Positions 44,838 to 58,572 are shown, numbered from the stretch's first letter. The stretch is 64,000 nucleotides of DNA from Felis catus (GCF_018350175.1 NC_058375.1:12462001-12526000), one strand, 5' to 3'. Program-made: numbers and translations. Notes: generated by a model not told the origin, from the letters alone.

Positions 44838-46989
44838 GACCCTGCTGCTTCTTTAGCGCTTCCCAAACTCAGCTCATCTCCCTTTCCCAAAAAGGTTCCC
44901 GAGGCTCAGAGAGTTTGAGCAACTTGCCTGCGGTCACCCAGCATAACAGGGCATCCAGGCTGGGGGTCTGGTGCTTTGAGGGAAACAGTCAGAGCCTCAA
45001 GGGTAGAAGCCGGTGGTGAGTAACCCCTGGGAGGGGCCCACTGGAGGCTTTAGTTGAATGTTGTCATCCCCTAGTGTCCCTAGTGCTTCTAGATGTTTCA
45101 CCCCTCACCCCGGGCTCTCTTGCAGAGAATGGGCGGTGCTTGTGGGAGGGAGGAGCTGGGCTCTTGCCGGGAACTGGGAGTTGGCCTTCGGAGCCAGAGC
45201 CCCACGGGCTGTATTAGCAGTTTCCTGGGCACTGGCTTCCTCCCCAGTGAGTGAGTGGAAAACCCTCTGGGGCTAGGCTAGGTCACGCGTGGCCGGCGAG
45301 GGAGGGCGTCCCTGCTGGGGAGGGCCTCTGTATTTCACATGCGCGGGGTAGAGGCCTCATCCTCGGGTGGAGGGGAGGGTCGGGAGAGATGGGGAGCAGA
45401 GCCCTGCCCCTTGTGGGCCCTAACACTCTGGGCGGATAAGTGTCTTGCCTCCCTGGAGTCTTGGTGACCTCATCTGTGAAGCAGGGATAGTATGAAATGT
45501 GATTGCAAAGGACTGAAAAAATAACCAGTGTTTGCTGAGGGCCCAGAGGGCGCCAGGCACTATGTATTCATCTTTCTGTTCTTGGTGGCAGTTTTGCGAG
45601 GCGTGCGTAGTGATTACCTCCATGTTCTAGACGGAGCAGCTGAGGAACAGAGAGGGTAAGCAGTTTGCCCCAAACCACACAGCTGGCGAATGGCAGAACT
45701 GGACCCCTGATCCGCCTGACTCTGGAGCCCTCCTTTGCAAGCCCTCCGGTCCCCGTCAGACTGTTCAGCCGGGCCCTTCCCTGGCACATCACCTGATGGA
45801 ATCTTGTGGGGACCCCAGCGTTCTGTCCACCCCACTTTGGGGCTCCCCATCTAGTCCAACTCATCCCGTCCCCGACTCTGCTCGGAGCCTTGATGTCCTC
45901 TTTTGCAAAATGGGCAGGTTGAGAATCTGGAGTCTCTACCAGTCGTGGTAACCCACAAATCTAAGATCCAGGTTCCTAGGAATCCATGAGTCAGACATTT
46001 GCCACTTTCCCTGCTTCCCGGCCTCCGTCGCCTGGGGAGCCAGGGGAGACTAAAGTGAAGAAACAACTGTGAGAGCCCGACGGAGAGCAGCCGATGATAG
46101 AGCGTGGGTTGTGCACCACCTTGCGCCCAGCAGAGAGCCGGGTGTCGTTGGCTGTGCTGTGGATGTGCGGAGTGAGGTGCAGAGAGACTGGCGAACTTTC
46201 CCGAGGGTCCAGTGACAGCTCCCTGTGTGCGAGACGCTTCCTCCGCCACGTCCCCTCCCACGGAGCTCTCTACAAAACCATCTCTTTGGGGCCCCAGGTG
46301 GGAAAATCCACCCCAAGCATCCATCCACGCTTGAGAAACGGCCATGAGGGGCCCGTGGGGAAACTTCCGTGAGTCACCATGAAGCCCAGCGAAACGACAG
46401 CGGCAGGGAGAGCAAAGACAGGGCTGCGTCCACCACTGGGCAGAGCTCAGCCCCGCCTGGCAGCTCGGCCGGAGAGTGGTCTTGGCTGTTTACAGAGAAG
46501 GGGACTTGGGACCTGGGAGAGGAATGGGAAACAGGAGCGAAGGTGGGATGATGGGAGTCAGAGACTCGTTTAGAACTGGAAGGCCCTTCTGGGATCACGT
46601 AGTCCGGGCTCCTGACTTTATGCACGGAGACGTCTTAGTCTGGAGACGGGCTGTGACTTGCCTCAGGTTGCACACCCAGTGAGGGCAGACCCCGGAACAG
46701 AAGGAGATTCGGGAAGCTGGATCACCCGCCTCAACTCCTGGCTGCTTTCCGTGGGCGTGACTTCCTGCCGGGTCCTGCCCACCCCCTCTCCTTCCCGTTG
46801 GAATAAACGCAGACACGATAGTAATCAACAAAGGGGATCATCTCGCTGAATGCTCAGCGAATGGTCGCTGGAAAGGACTCGGGGCTGGCTGTCTTGCTCA
46901 AGTCCCACTGCCCCCATCTCCGGGCCCTGTGACTTTGGGCAAGGCACGTTCCTCCTCATCACTGACAACTTGCTTCGTGTGTACCATGA

Positions 46990-47170
46990 TTTAAGCAGAT
47001 TCTGAAATCGCAGGACTTTTCAGTGCCTTTAACATGCTGAGTATTGTTGATGTCCGGGGGGAGAGCCCTACTCTGGTTCTTGTGTAGTTTTGGGCCACTG
47101 AACACCTCTTTTCTTCTGTGGGTCCCTATTAGCATATTTCCAGACAATATCAGTGTTCCCTTGAATATGC
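46990..47170. mobile_element. hAT-Charlie relic (Charlie4-like)
   Basis: gactttcagtgcctttaacatgct...cagtgttccc. Confidence 0.45.
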
Positions 47171-47209
47171 AGCCTGAGAAACCCTGATGTTGGTGGTTCC
47201 TCAGGACTG

Positions 47210-47439
47210 TTTTTTTTTTTTTTTTTTTAAAGTTTATTTATTTAGAGAGAGAGAGAGTGCACGAGAGAGCGAGCGGCAGAGGGGCAGAGAGGGAGAGGTG
47301 GGGAGAGAGAATCCCCAAGCAGGCTCCACACTGTCAGCGTGAAGCCCAATACAGGGCTCAAACTCGCGAACTGGGGGATCATGACCTGAGCCGAAATCGA
47401 GAGTCTGACGCTGAACCGACTGAACTACCCAGCTGCTCC
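47210..47439 (-). mobile_element. CAN-SINE
   Basis: Full length; TSD ctc(a/g)ggac(t/c)gtttt. Confidence 0.95.
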
Positions 47440-47679
47440 TACTCGGGACCGTTTTAAACGTTTAAACTCAAGAAGCTGGCATGTTTTCCTGGGGCAGCGA
47501 GACGGGCCGAGATGCCCAGGGCTGGCTGCCCGTGCTCGGCTGAAGGTGTTTCCCAGGATGCCTGGCTCACCTGGGAGCGGATGTCAGGGAGGGGCAGAGC
47601 CTCCTCTGCCGGCCAGGGCAGCCTGGGACCATGGAGTGAGCCTGGGACCCCGCCACCTGCCTTCTATCCTGGCTCTGGC

Positions 47680-47800
47680 CCTCACTCTTGTCTGACCTGG
47701 GGCAAGTCGCAGCCCTCTCTGGGCCTCAGTTTCCTCATCTGTAAGATGAGAGGCCTGGCTCGGTGATCTGTTGGTTCCTTTCAAGGCTGACGTTCTGAGG
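47680..47800 (+). mobile_element. MIR
   Basis: gacctggggcaagtc...ctctctgggcctcagtttcctcatctgtaa. Confidence 0.85.
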
Positions 47801-47944
47801 AATGGGCACATTCGGTACCTCTGACCTCTTCCTGTCATTTGTGGGGTTTCTTGGTGTCACTGAAGTTGTCACCCCCCCCCCCCCCGGAGGCGAGGTGTGT
47901 GCGCAGGTGCACGTCAGGTGGTCTCAGTGCCCCGGGGACCCCAC

Positions 47945-48290
47945 GAGCCAGGAATTCTCGTACATCTGTGTATTGTAGGCTCGCCCAGACTAAGAATGCT
48001 GATTCTTGGGCCTCACCCCAAGAGGCTCTTAAGTTTGTGGATTGGGGTTGGACCTTAGAATCGACCTTTTTGAAAAAGCCTCCTCACTCAGGGTACCTGG
48101 GCGGCTGTCGGTTAAGTGTCTGACTCTTGATCTCGGCTCAGGTCTTGATCTCACGGTTGTGAGTCTGAGCCCTGTGTTGGGCTCCTCACTGGATGTGAAG
48201 CCTACTTAAAAAAAAAAACAAAAAAAACCCCTCCTCTCGCAAGTGGTTCTGAAGTCAGTAGCTCAAGGGCCACACTTTGCAAAAGGCTGT
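47945..48290 (+). mobile_element. MER5-like hAT relic split by a short SINE
   Basis: aatgctgattcttgggcctcacccca...ccacactttgcaaaaggctg. Confidence 0.6.
48091..48222 (+). mobile_element. Short CAN-SINE
   Basis: gggtacctgggcggctgtcggttaag...gcctacttaaaaa. Confidence 0.9.
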
Positions 48291-48944
48291 TAGACTCTCT
48301 TTGAATGAAAACGTGCTTCAGAGAATGATCTGCTGGGATTGGTGGTGCCTCTGTCTGGCTCTGTTCAGAGATGCCCTCATCCGTGGTCACAGCCTTCAGT
48401 CGCCGGTGAGACCTCTCTTCCCCATCAGCTAGTGTTCCCCAAGCCTGGCTGCTTACTGGAGTTGCCAGGAAGCCTTTGAACAAAATACGAATTCTTGAGT
48501 CTCACCCTTGGAGATTCTACACAAGTTAGATCTCAGCTGAGACCCAGAGATCTCTATGTTTAGAAGGCTCCCTAGGTCTTTTGTTCATTTGTTTGTCATT
48601 CATTCAACAAATATCTGTCAAGGCTTGCAGTGGCCTGGCCCAAGGGAGGGCATCGAGGACGTGATTGTTAAGCCAGACCCTGTCTTGGACGTTATGTTAC
48701 TTATGCTGCAGCCTGGTGAAGGAGCTAGACTGCGATGACGTGGGAGTGCTCGGCCAGGATAGGGGAACATGTGTCTAGAAAATGGTTGGGTTGGACTAAA
48801 TACCTGGGGCAAAGCTGGGATCCCTGGGTAGCTGAACTCCGTAAATTCCAGGTTGAAGTAGAAGCCCTAAGCCCAGTGGCCTCTGGTCACTACCTATGGA
48901 CTCCTGTCGTTTGCTCATCACTTACTCATTTTATTTATTTACCC

Positions 48945-49330
48945 GTCTGCCCATCCATCCTTTCATCTATCCATCCATCCATCCATCCATCCATCCATCC
49001 ATCCACCAACCCGTTTATCCATCANNNNNNNNNNNNNNNNNNNNNNNNNNNNNNNNNNNNNNNNNNNNNNNNNNNNNNNNNNNNNNNNNNNNNNNNNNNN
49101 NNNNNNNNNNNNNNNNNNNNNNNNNNNNNNNNNNNNNNNNNNNNNNNNNNNNNNNNNNNNNNNNNNNNNNNNNNNNNNNNNNNNNNNNNNNNNNNNNNNN
49201 NNNNNNNNNNNNNNNNNNNNNCTCACCCATTAACCCATCTACCCATTAACCCGCCCATCTACCCACTCATCCACCCATCCATTCACTCATTCACTTACCC
49301 ACCCACCCAGCCATCCATCCATCCAACATC
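48945..49330. repeat. (CCAT)n tandem array with an assembly gap (49025-49221)
   Basis: Direct reading; followed by an antisense L2 3' end (about 49330-49445). Confidence 0.9.
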
Positions 49331-50829
49331 TCTTGAATCTCTTACCATATGCTGAATGCTATGCTGGGTACTGGAGGGACACAAATGAAAACCATTGTTT
49401 CTGCCCTCAAAGAACTCACAGTCTGGTGGGGGAGTCAGAAAACAAAGCAAATGGTTCTAGCCCAGCATTAGGTGTCCAGCTCTCCCAGTGGGCGCCATGG
49501 AAGATTTCCCTGAAGTCGGTTTGTGTTAAGGCTCAAAATGAAGGTGAGAGTGTCCCAGGCAGATGAGGTGGGGCATGGCTTCCGGGCCAAGGAAGGGTCG
49601 TACCCTTGGGAAGGCAGGTCACTGTGGCTGGGGCAGCTGGGGGGAGCCTCTGCTCCTGGAGCTCAGGTTGTCTTTTGTTTTCCCTGTTTGTTTCCCCATG
49701 AGGCTGGGTCCATAGTAGGCGCTCAGCAAACATTGGTCTTTGGTGAATGCGGCGCGCTGAGGAGCTTGTGGCTCTGGGGCTCTGGACAGAGTGCAGGCAG
49801 GGGAGTGACACCCTCACGCGGGCTCCCTCTGCTGGGCAGGGGAGAATGGGGAGGGGGGATGGAGGGGCCTCCCCAGCTCCCACCCTTCCTTGGCCTCAGC
49901 CTTCAGCTGTCTCCTCGTGCAAGTCAGAGCCGTGGTGCTCCTGAAATCTTGGCGAGCCCATGACTGCTTTCCAACAGTGGGGTCTCTGCCGTAGGTCAAG
50001 GGCTCTGCTTCTGTTGGGGGTAGTGGTGAGAAGACAGCAAAATGTTGGGGGTGGGGTGGGGACGTAAGTAGATGCGATGGCAGCTAGGAGCCTTGGCTTT
50101 TGGTTTTGATCCCCACTGCTGCCTCTTATTCTCTGTGTGTCCTGTGTCTCCCTGCGGTTCAGTTGTTTCCCAACCTGGTCCTTGGGCCGATTCAGAGAAT
50201 TGTCCCATGTCAAGCGCTCAGGACAGTGCCTGGCACACTAATGAATGTTAGCTGAAAGGTGGAGCTTTGCAGACAGTTGTGCTGGGTGGCTTGGGTGGCT
50301 GCGTATGGATTCTTCTAGGAGCCAGAAGATCTGGTTCGAATCCCACCTCTACCTCCCGACTACCTGCAGAGATCCTGGCCAAGTTGACTCAGGCTCTGAG
50401 CTCGGATTTTTCTCATCTGTGAACTAGGGATTGATGCCCTGTGGGGCTGCTGGCAGGAGCCTGGAGTCCAACGGCCCGTTTCCTGCATGGGGCCTATTGC
50501 TGTGGTCAGAAAACCTGGGTCTAAGCAGATAGAAGAGAAGACTCCACCTGATGAGGGTGGTGTGGACAAGTGGCCTCCCCAGCCCACAGGCTCTGGGGGG
50601 TCAGTCTTGGCTCTATTGTGCCACCTCTCGGCCGTGGCCTTCCTCTTGGTATGCCCTCCGTGGTTTCCGGGATCCTGTGGAAATGGATCATTCCGTGACT
50701 GGGGCTCTGGGTGTTCAGAGGAGGGTGACACGGGGCAGCGGGTTGGACGTGGTCCGCAGGGGCACTGGGGGCAGGGACTGTCTTCCCCCAGCCAGGCTAG
50801 ATCTGGGTGCCCTGGAGAGACCAGGGTGG

Positions 50830-51058
50830 TTTCTTTTCTTTTTTTCTTTTTAATGTTTTATTTCTTTTTGAGAGAGAGAGAGAGAGAGGGCGGGGGGAGT
50901 GCACGAGCAGGGGAGAGGCAGAGAGAGAGGGAGACAGAGGATTCCAAGTAGGCTCCATGCTGACAGCAGAGAGCCAGATGCGGGGCTTGAACCGACTAAC
51001 CTTGAGCTTTGCGAGCCAAAGTCAGATGCTTAATCGACCGGGCCCCTCCCAGGCACCC
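50830..51058 (-). mobile_element. CAN-SINE
   Basis: Full length; TSD gagaccagggt. Confidence 0.95.
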
Positions 51059-51879
51059 TGGAGACCAGGGTTTCTGATCCCTGTCAGGGGCTCAGCACCC
51101 CTGCTCTCCCACCTCCCGTTCTAGCTGGATTTGAATTCCCAGGGCCCAGCGACTCGGTCGGTCATGCTGGGGCCCCGGAAGATCTGGGTCTCAAGCAGGT
51201 ATATCTAGATCTGAATGTGAACCCGTTTGGGCTGGCTGCCTGGGGGGCTACCAGGGTCTGAGTCCCCCGCCCCAGCTGATGGCCGGGATAAGTGGGCACC
51301 CCTGGGGGAAGAAAAGGCACCTGCCCTAAGCGAGGTAGCTGCCTTCAATTGCCATTACCGTCCAGTGGTCAGGGGCTGCCATGTCTGGTTTATAGTGAGG
51401 GGGAAACTGAGGCTACTTTACACGGCCAATGGGGTGGGCCTGGTGTGGGAGCTGGGGAGGGGTCTGCCTGCAAAGCCCGTGCTTCCCCCCGGCCCCCGGT
51501 TTTCCCCTCCTTGCTGCCGTTAGGACCACGCACGCTAGGATGCTGGTGTCTCGTAGGTTTGCTCTCTGGCTTCTCTGAACCCAGGCCTCAGACTCCCCCT
51601 TTGCAAAGTGGGGACAGGCTGTTTGGGGTCCCCGGCAGGCAGGACCAAGCCCAGGACAGCCGAGGGCCGTGGTGCTGCGGGCAGGAGCACAGGGCGGTCT
51701 CTCCGCTCGCGGCATGCGAAGCTCTGCTGGGGCCTGGGCTGGGGCTTGGGAGTCGTAACCTCACTAGCCACCAAATAAGCCTTCTCTTGAAGACGATGCA
51801 CGAGGCACTGCGGGGACAGCCAGGGCCCAGCCACCGTTTCTGCCCTCCTGGAGTTGTCACACCAGTAAGAGTGAGGACA

Positions 51880-52080
51880 CAGATCGGAGCCTTCAGGACC
51901 TGGATCAGGATCCTGTGTCTGATTAGCTGTGTGATCTCGGGCAGGGCCTCCGTCAGTGGCTCCCTCGGGAAGATGGGAATCCCAGCTCCTGCTTCCTCGG
52001 GCCATCGTGAGGATGAAGCGATACGGTATTTGCAGAGCCCCTGGCACATAGTAGGTGCTCAGGAAGGTCCTCACGTGCTA
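51880..52080 (+). mobile_element. MIR
   Basis: tagctgtgtgatctcgggca...cctggcacatagtaggtgctca. Confidence 0.8.
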
Positions 52081-53924
52081 GTCGTCTAAGCTGGCAGTGA
52101 CCAGCAGGTCTTCAGGGTGAGTGGAGGCTGCCTCCCCCACGACGCCAGCAGCCGGGAACAGCATGGGTGGTTCTGTGGGCAGCTGGCGACGGGGCAGAAC
52201 GGGGCATCAGCTCCGCCACGGGGTGGGCGGGATGTGGGGCTGAGCTCGGCTGGGGAGAGAGGGACGCGTTGGCTTTCACGTCCTACCTCCCCCTCCCTGC
52301 CCCCAGCCCTGTAGGCAGAGGCAGCCCTAACGTGGCCTTTGGCTGTTTTCACAGTCAGGGAGAATCCGAACCCCGGGAGGGGAAGTGACGTGCCCAGCGT
52401 TGGCGGGAGCTGGTGACAGAGCCGGGCTGACCCTCAGCCCGAGGCCCACCCGATCCTGACGCTGTGTTTTCAGCGGGCTGGGGTAGGTCCCTGGGGGCTG
52501 CGGGGCTCCCTGACCTCCCTGGCCTGCCCCGGGGCCAGCTATGAACAGAATATTCTGTGTCCCACGATTCACAAGACTGGCCTTTCCTCTGCCAAGAGAC
52601 TTTTCGCTTTCCTTTCTTTTGCTTTTCCCTAATAAGGTCTCATGTGGCTGTCTCAGCTCTCTTGAGGCCTGGAGAGGCTGTGGCTTTGCCTGGGGAAGGC
52701 TGTCCCAGCACAGCTCCGGCCACAGCTGCCGGGCTGCAAAGGCCCAAATGTGGGAAAGTTCAAGGGGAGGCCAGATAGAGGCTTTGGAGCCGCGCAGACC
52801 CGGCTGGCCTGCTCTCCAGCTGTGTGATCTTGAGCAAGTCCCTTTGCCTCTCTGAGCGTGTTTCCTTCATTCAATCCAACCAGCATTCGTTCAGGCCTGT
52901 TAGATGCCAGGTATGACGCTGGACGTTTCAGGCAGAGCCGTGAACAGACTCTGGGGCTTGAGGCCTCCGCATTGAGTGGGAGACTTGCCTGGGGGCCTGG
53001 CTCTGTACCTGGACGCTTGGGGGGTCTCCTCAAGTCACATGTGAACCACCACGCAGGGCTCCGTTTTTTTGAATGGAAACTACGCCAGGATGGTGAGAGC
53101 GGCCCGGCTGGGACTTCAGGTGAATGACGGCCGTGGGATTTCACGCTTCCTAGCCGCCAGGCGGGGAGGCTGCTTCTAGAGACACGGCATTGATTTTCTA
53201 TGTCCGCTGCTGACGTGAGCCAGTGTGCCCGGCTGTCAGCCCAGGCTGCCGCGTTCCCATGTGTGCCCCGACCTTTGCAAGGAGGAAACGCAACCCGGGT
53301 GGCGTCCGAGGGCGGTCCACCCCCCCACCTGCCCCCGACACGTGGCGGGCACCCGAGAGGTGTTGGTTCAACTAACAAGTGGGGCGGTGGCATCGGGAGC
53401 ACATCCTAGTGGGGGGTGTGGTTGATGTGGGGAGGGAGGGACAGCTGGCACAGGAGGGTGTCCTAGGTAGGAGGGAGGAGCCTTTTTCTGAGCCACTCCA
53501 GAGGGCAGACCGAGCGCAGGTTTTAGACCCTTCCAGGGTGGGGCGAGGGAGGACCCAAATAGGGGAGTGTGATGTGGGACAGTGACTCAGGCTGAGGGTA
53601 GGCACAGGTGCTTATGGAATACCCTCTCCGTGCCAGGCACAGGGCTAGGCTCTGTGAGCCCCATCAGGGCGAGACCCGGGGTGGGGGGGGCTTTTCCTTT
53701 TTTGTCCACTGATGTATCCCAAACACCTGGAACAATACTTGGCTCACGGAGGTGCCTTAGAAATACGGGTTGAATGAATGAACGCGTGTATTATTTAGCT
53801 GGGTCCCAGCAGTGTCATTAGACCCAGTTTGCAGATGAATAAACTGAGGTGTAGAGAGGTCAAGTCATACAGCTGCTGTAACTGCTCACGTTGGGTCGGG
53901 ATTTGGAGTCTGGGCTGCCTGATT

Positions 53925-53969
53925 CTTTTCTTATTTATTTATTTATTTTATTTAAATTATTTATTAATT

Positions 53970-54009
<40 letters not shown>

Positions 54010-54206
54010 TTTAAATGTTTATTTTCAGAGAGAGAGAGAGAGTGCGCGTGCCTGAGCAGGGGTGGGGCAAAGAGAGAGAATGCCAAGCAGTCTTCACGCT
54101 GTCAGCGCAGAGCCCTCCTTGGGGCTGCATCTCATGAATGTGACATCAGGACCTGAGCTGAAACCGAGAGTCGGAGGCTCAACCGGCTGAGCCACCCATG
54201 CGCCCC
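53925..54206 (-). mobile_element. CAN-SINE with expanded (TTTA)n tail, inserted in a MIR
   Basis: Perfect TSD tgggctgcctgatt (53911-24 / 54207-20). Confidence 0.95.
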
Positions 54207-54919
54207 TGGGCTGCCTGATTGCAGAGCTCGTGCTGAGTCTTTAGAGCAGGGTCCTCAGGAGGGAATTCTTTGGCATTTCACCCTCCCAAAGACCCCTCTT
54301 CTGACAGTGCGGAGGGTGGGAAAATACAGAATGCTCGATGGAGGAACAATAGTGGGTTCGTGCCGTCGGTCCCTGTGGGTAACCCCTGCTTGGACCAGTG
54401 GGCGCTCTTTTAAGGACCCGGATTAGGAGGGCAGTCGATGCCGCCAGTTCTCGGGGTCCTTCTAGGTGTGGTCTGACATCACGGGCGTCCTCAGCCACAG
54501 TGCAGTGCCGGGGGGCACGTAGCCGTGCCCACACCGGTCGGCACAGGCTGTCCCCGTCCGGGTGTCTTTGTCTGGGCGAATCCCGGCTGTTCACCGGAAC
54601 ATGTCCCTGCCCTCAGCCCCCAGGTGGTTCCAGACCAGAATGCCCAGTGAGACTTAACGCCTTCACATCCAGCTGCTCCGGGGACCTGGGGCTGGCACCC
54701 GGAGAGAGGGGGCGCAGGGCAGCTAGAACCGTCTCCAGGGGCTCTGGGTCAGAGCACGGTCTGCTAGTCCCCCAGGACCTCCAGATATGCTGCCCTACGG
54801 GAGCCCTCTGCCACCCACTCCCCAGGGTCCTTGTGGCCCCATCTGCTCACCAGGGTGTCTAACCAAGCAGCTCGGGAGGGCCCCCTGCTGGCCGGTGGCT
54901 GGCTGTCCCAGCCCCATTG

Positions 54920-55125
54920 CCAGATGGTCTGGGTTCGAATCCCACTCCTCCCATCTAGCACGTAACCTCGAGCAGTTTTCTTGCCATTTCGGTGCCTCTG
55001 TTTCCTTATCTGTAAACGAGGATGATACCGGTCCCTCTCTCAGAGGGTTGTTGTGAAGATTAAGTAATTATATGAGTAAAGGGCCTGGAATCAGCCTGGG
55101 CGCTTAGCAACCAATTAATAAGTGT
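54920..55125 (+). mobile_element. MIR
   Basis: ctgggttcgaatccc...gtttccttatctgtaaa...gagggttgttgtgaagattaa. Confidence 0.85.
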
Positions 55126-55873
55126 GAGGTGTTACGACCCTGATGTGGGCACTCCTCGGTGGCGGGGGGCAACCCAAGGAGCCGTTGCCTCTTGTCTGTG
55201 CCCAGTGCCGGGGCGCAGTCCTGCTTGTCCTGAGTGAATGAGTGCCTGGGCCTGGTCGTCGGGAAGAGAGAAGCGATGCCCTTGACTCCCATTGGACGCC
55301 CCCTTCCTACCTTCTTGCCTCCCTCTCTCTTGCTCTCCTGTGCCCATGTCGGTGTTTATTCGTGGTACCTGTTCCGTTCTCCTGCCACACTGTGAGCTCC
55401 AAGGAGCAGGGACCGATGACTAGATGGGTCCTAGTGTTGAGCCATGCGCTAGGCTAGGCTTGGGGACACATCGGGGGAGTGGGGCATAACCCCTGGCCTC
55501 AGAGAGCTCACAGTCTGCTTGTTTATTCCTTAACCTAAGACGGCTGCTCGGGGCCGGAAAGGTGCTGAGAGAGGCACAAGGTGTGGCCTGTGCCCCAGGA
55601 GGTCACAGTCTGCCCCCTCCCTGCCTCCCGCCTTCTGTGTTCCAGAGGCCGGACCAGGTGGTGGGGACGCACAGAGAGGCACAGTCTGGTGTGGGAGAGC
55701 CACAGAGGCGGGTGAACACAGCGAAATGCGATTTCTTTTAGGCTCGTAGCCTGGCATTATCTACCATGGAGACCGGTGGCAACAACTCTGGTCTTTGTGT
55801 CCCCGTGAGTAATGACTGGCACGTTGACAGGCCAGTATCTGTTCTAGATCCTCAGAGGACTCGACCAGATGCC

Positions 55874-56102
55874 CTGGGACTTCCACCTTGGCACTGTTGA
55901 CACCTGGGCCGGGTCATTCTCTCGTAGGGGCCGTCCTGGGCCGTCCTTGGGTGTGTTCAGCAGGGTCCCGGCCTCTACCCACTAGATGTCAGTAGCAGCC
56001 CCCTCCCCCGCCAAGTTGTGACAGCCAAATGTCTCCGGACATTGCCAAAACTCCCTGGGTGCGGGGCGGGGGGACAAAACCACCCCCAGTTGGGAGCCAT
56101 TG
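55874..56102 (-). mobile_element. MER20
   Basis: ggcctctacccactagatg...agttgtgacagccaaatgtctccggacattgccaaa. Confidence 0.9.
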
Positions 56103-57696
56103 CCTTAGATGGATCGGTGCAACTAATTGCCTAATTCAAGGTGGGATGGGAATTTTGAGATCCAATACTGCCTCCCCCACATGTTAAAAGAAAAAAAACA
56201 AAAGCAAAAGAGGGAAAAAAGAGCCCACAACATCCTGTATTCCTTGGATGCCTAAGCCATCCGGTTTGGCACAAAACGCAAACATCCATTGGGAGGTGGG
56301 AAGGCTCTCGGTGGCCCGACAGCTGTGTGCCTTGGCCCAGGCCACCCGGAGGCGGGGCCCCTGGCAGAGGTGACCCGGCCGTTGCCAGGTTTTTGTGTGC
56401 CCTGCTCTGTGTGGTCATGATGTAGGGCAGGCCATCGAATGACCCCATGGGGTACACGGGACGGGCGTCGGTCCTGGGAGAGCCAGAGTGGGCGGCCGTC
56501 CACTGATCCTTCTCCCTGCCCTCAGAGCGCGTACCGTGGTTCGTAGGGATGTACGCATTTGTGTGCCCTAAGTACATGTCTCCCTGCGGGACCGCGGCCT
56601 TTGGGAGGGCAGGCATCAAGGCTGCCTTGCTCATCGGCAAGTCTCCGGAACTTTCCATGGTCCCTGGTATACAGAGTGTGCAGTAAATGTCTGTAGGATG
56701 ATTCAGGGGTGTGTTGGGGATCCAGAGAGATGAAGCCTGGCTTTTCTGTCTTGATCTGTCTGGTCTCCGGAGGGAGGGAATAGGCCCGGGAGAGCTCGGT
56801 TCTCACACAGATGGGATACGCGTAGGTGTGTGAACTCCATCACTCGCTTCTTGGTTTGTAGCCGGATCTGGAAGGAGGTGGGGTCCTTGTCCTCTGCCCA
56901 ACACCCTGGCCGCAGCACAGACCTTGGATGAGCCTGGCCAAAGGCTCGGTCTTGGCAAGGAGTGGCCAGGTATCTGGGCATGCGTCCTCTGACCAGCAGG
57001 GAGCACCTGCTTGGAGTTCCGGACTCCATCCTTCCAGTCTGTAGGTCACTTGAGGATACTCCTGGTGCTGTGTCCAGTGAGAGCCCTGGGCACGCCGGGG
57101 GGTCACTGTAACTTTGTGGCCTGGAGGGGTGGCTTCCGTCCCCGAGTTCAGCAGAATATGTTTGAGATCGAGCAAGCGAATGGGAGTGTCCCCATACTCG
57201 CAGCTCTTCCCAGAGCCGATTCTCCATCCTGGGTGCTTTACGGAGAGGGGTCCACATCTGCAGCCGGCTCCCCAGCCCTGCTTCTGCCTGACTGCGCGAA
57301 TTCAGGGAATCGCAATGTCTCCCTGATGCCACGGGCTGAGCTTCGGTCGTTTGCGTGTTTCGCGCCAACTAAGGGAACTTAGCGTTGCTGTCTGGCTTTG
57401 GGATCCTCCCCTTTCCTGACCGTGACCCCCTTTCCTGGAACCTTCACTTTGAAAGCGGCACGAGATGGGTGGAGGCTTTGGGGAGCTTGTATAGCCGAGG
57501 GTCAGCCTCAGGGTCAGGCAAGCTGCTGACGGTCCCCCGAGCACGGCACTGGGCACCCAGTGGGGGGTGTGGCATGGTCAGACACCGCACGAGAGGCCGC
57601 CCCCCACCGCCCCCCGTAGCCGCGGGACCTGGGACACTGCCGGTCCACATTGAAGGAGACACTTAGTTGTTCATTAATTCATTCAACAAACACGTT

Positions 57697-57902
57697 TTAA
57701 AAAACGCGGTATTCATTTATTTTGAGAGAGAAATAGAGAGCGCACAGGGGAGGAACAGAGAGAGAGGGTGGGAGAGAGAGGATCCTAAGCAGGCCCCGTG
57801 CTGTCCGCACAGAGCCCGACGTGGGGCTCGATCTCACAGAGATCACGACCTGAGCCGAAATCAGGAGTCGGACGCTCGACCGACTGAGCCACCCGGGCAC
57901 CC
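57697..57902 (-). mobile_element. CAN-SINE
   Basis: Full head; degenerate TSD ca(a/g)caaaca. Confidence 0.95.
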
Positions 57903-58552
57903 AGCAAACATTTCTTGAGGTCCTATTGTGTTCCAGGCTCTCAGTGAGGCACTCTATGTGCTATTATCTCATTTAATCCTTAAAATAACCTACGGGGTAG
58001 GGATTCTTGTGGTTCTCCTCCGGAAGAGGAGCCCAGGGACAGAGCAGTAGAATAAATGTTACTGTCACAGAGGGTAAACCCAGCCAGGTTTGGCCACAGA
58101 GGTTACTCTCCTCAGAACAACACCTGGGGTATGATGGTGGCAAAAAAGGGTCACCTGAGGACCCCCGGCCACCACCACGGGGCCAGAGACCGCTTTAGAA
58201 CAGGTGCAGCCCTGAGCGCAGCAGGCCCCCCATTTTCCACGGGCCAAGTGGCCACCACTCTGGGAGCGGGATGGGGGCAGGGGTGAGCTCTCAGCTCTCA
58301 GTGCCAAGGGCAGAAGCAGTGAGGGGAGGGAGTTGGGGACTTCTCTGTAGGGCCTGGGTGTGGGCCGCATCAGTTACCTGTTCCTGAGAGCCCCATTACT
58401 GGGTTGGTGAGCACCAGTTAGGACCTTGTTAAAGTTGGCCATGAAGGAGGACGGGTGATTGGAAGCAGCTCCCTGTGTGGGTCAGTGTCCTGGGTCCGGG
58501 GTTCAGGGCAAAGCCGTTTTGTGGTTGACATCACCCCTCAGTCTCCCTGCCA

Positions 58553-58572
58553 CCCCCCCCCCCCCCCCCCCC
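58553..58572. repeat. Poly(C)20
   Basis: Direct reading. Confidence 0.95.
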
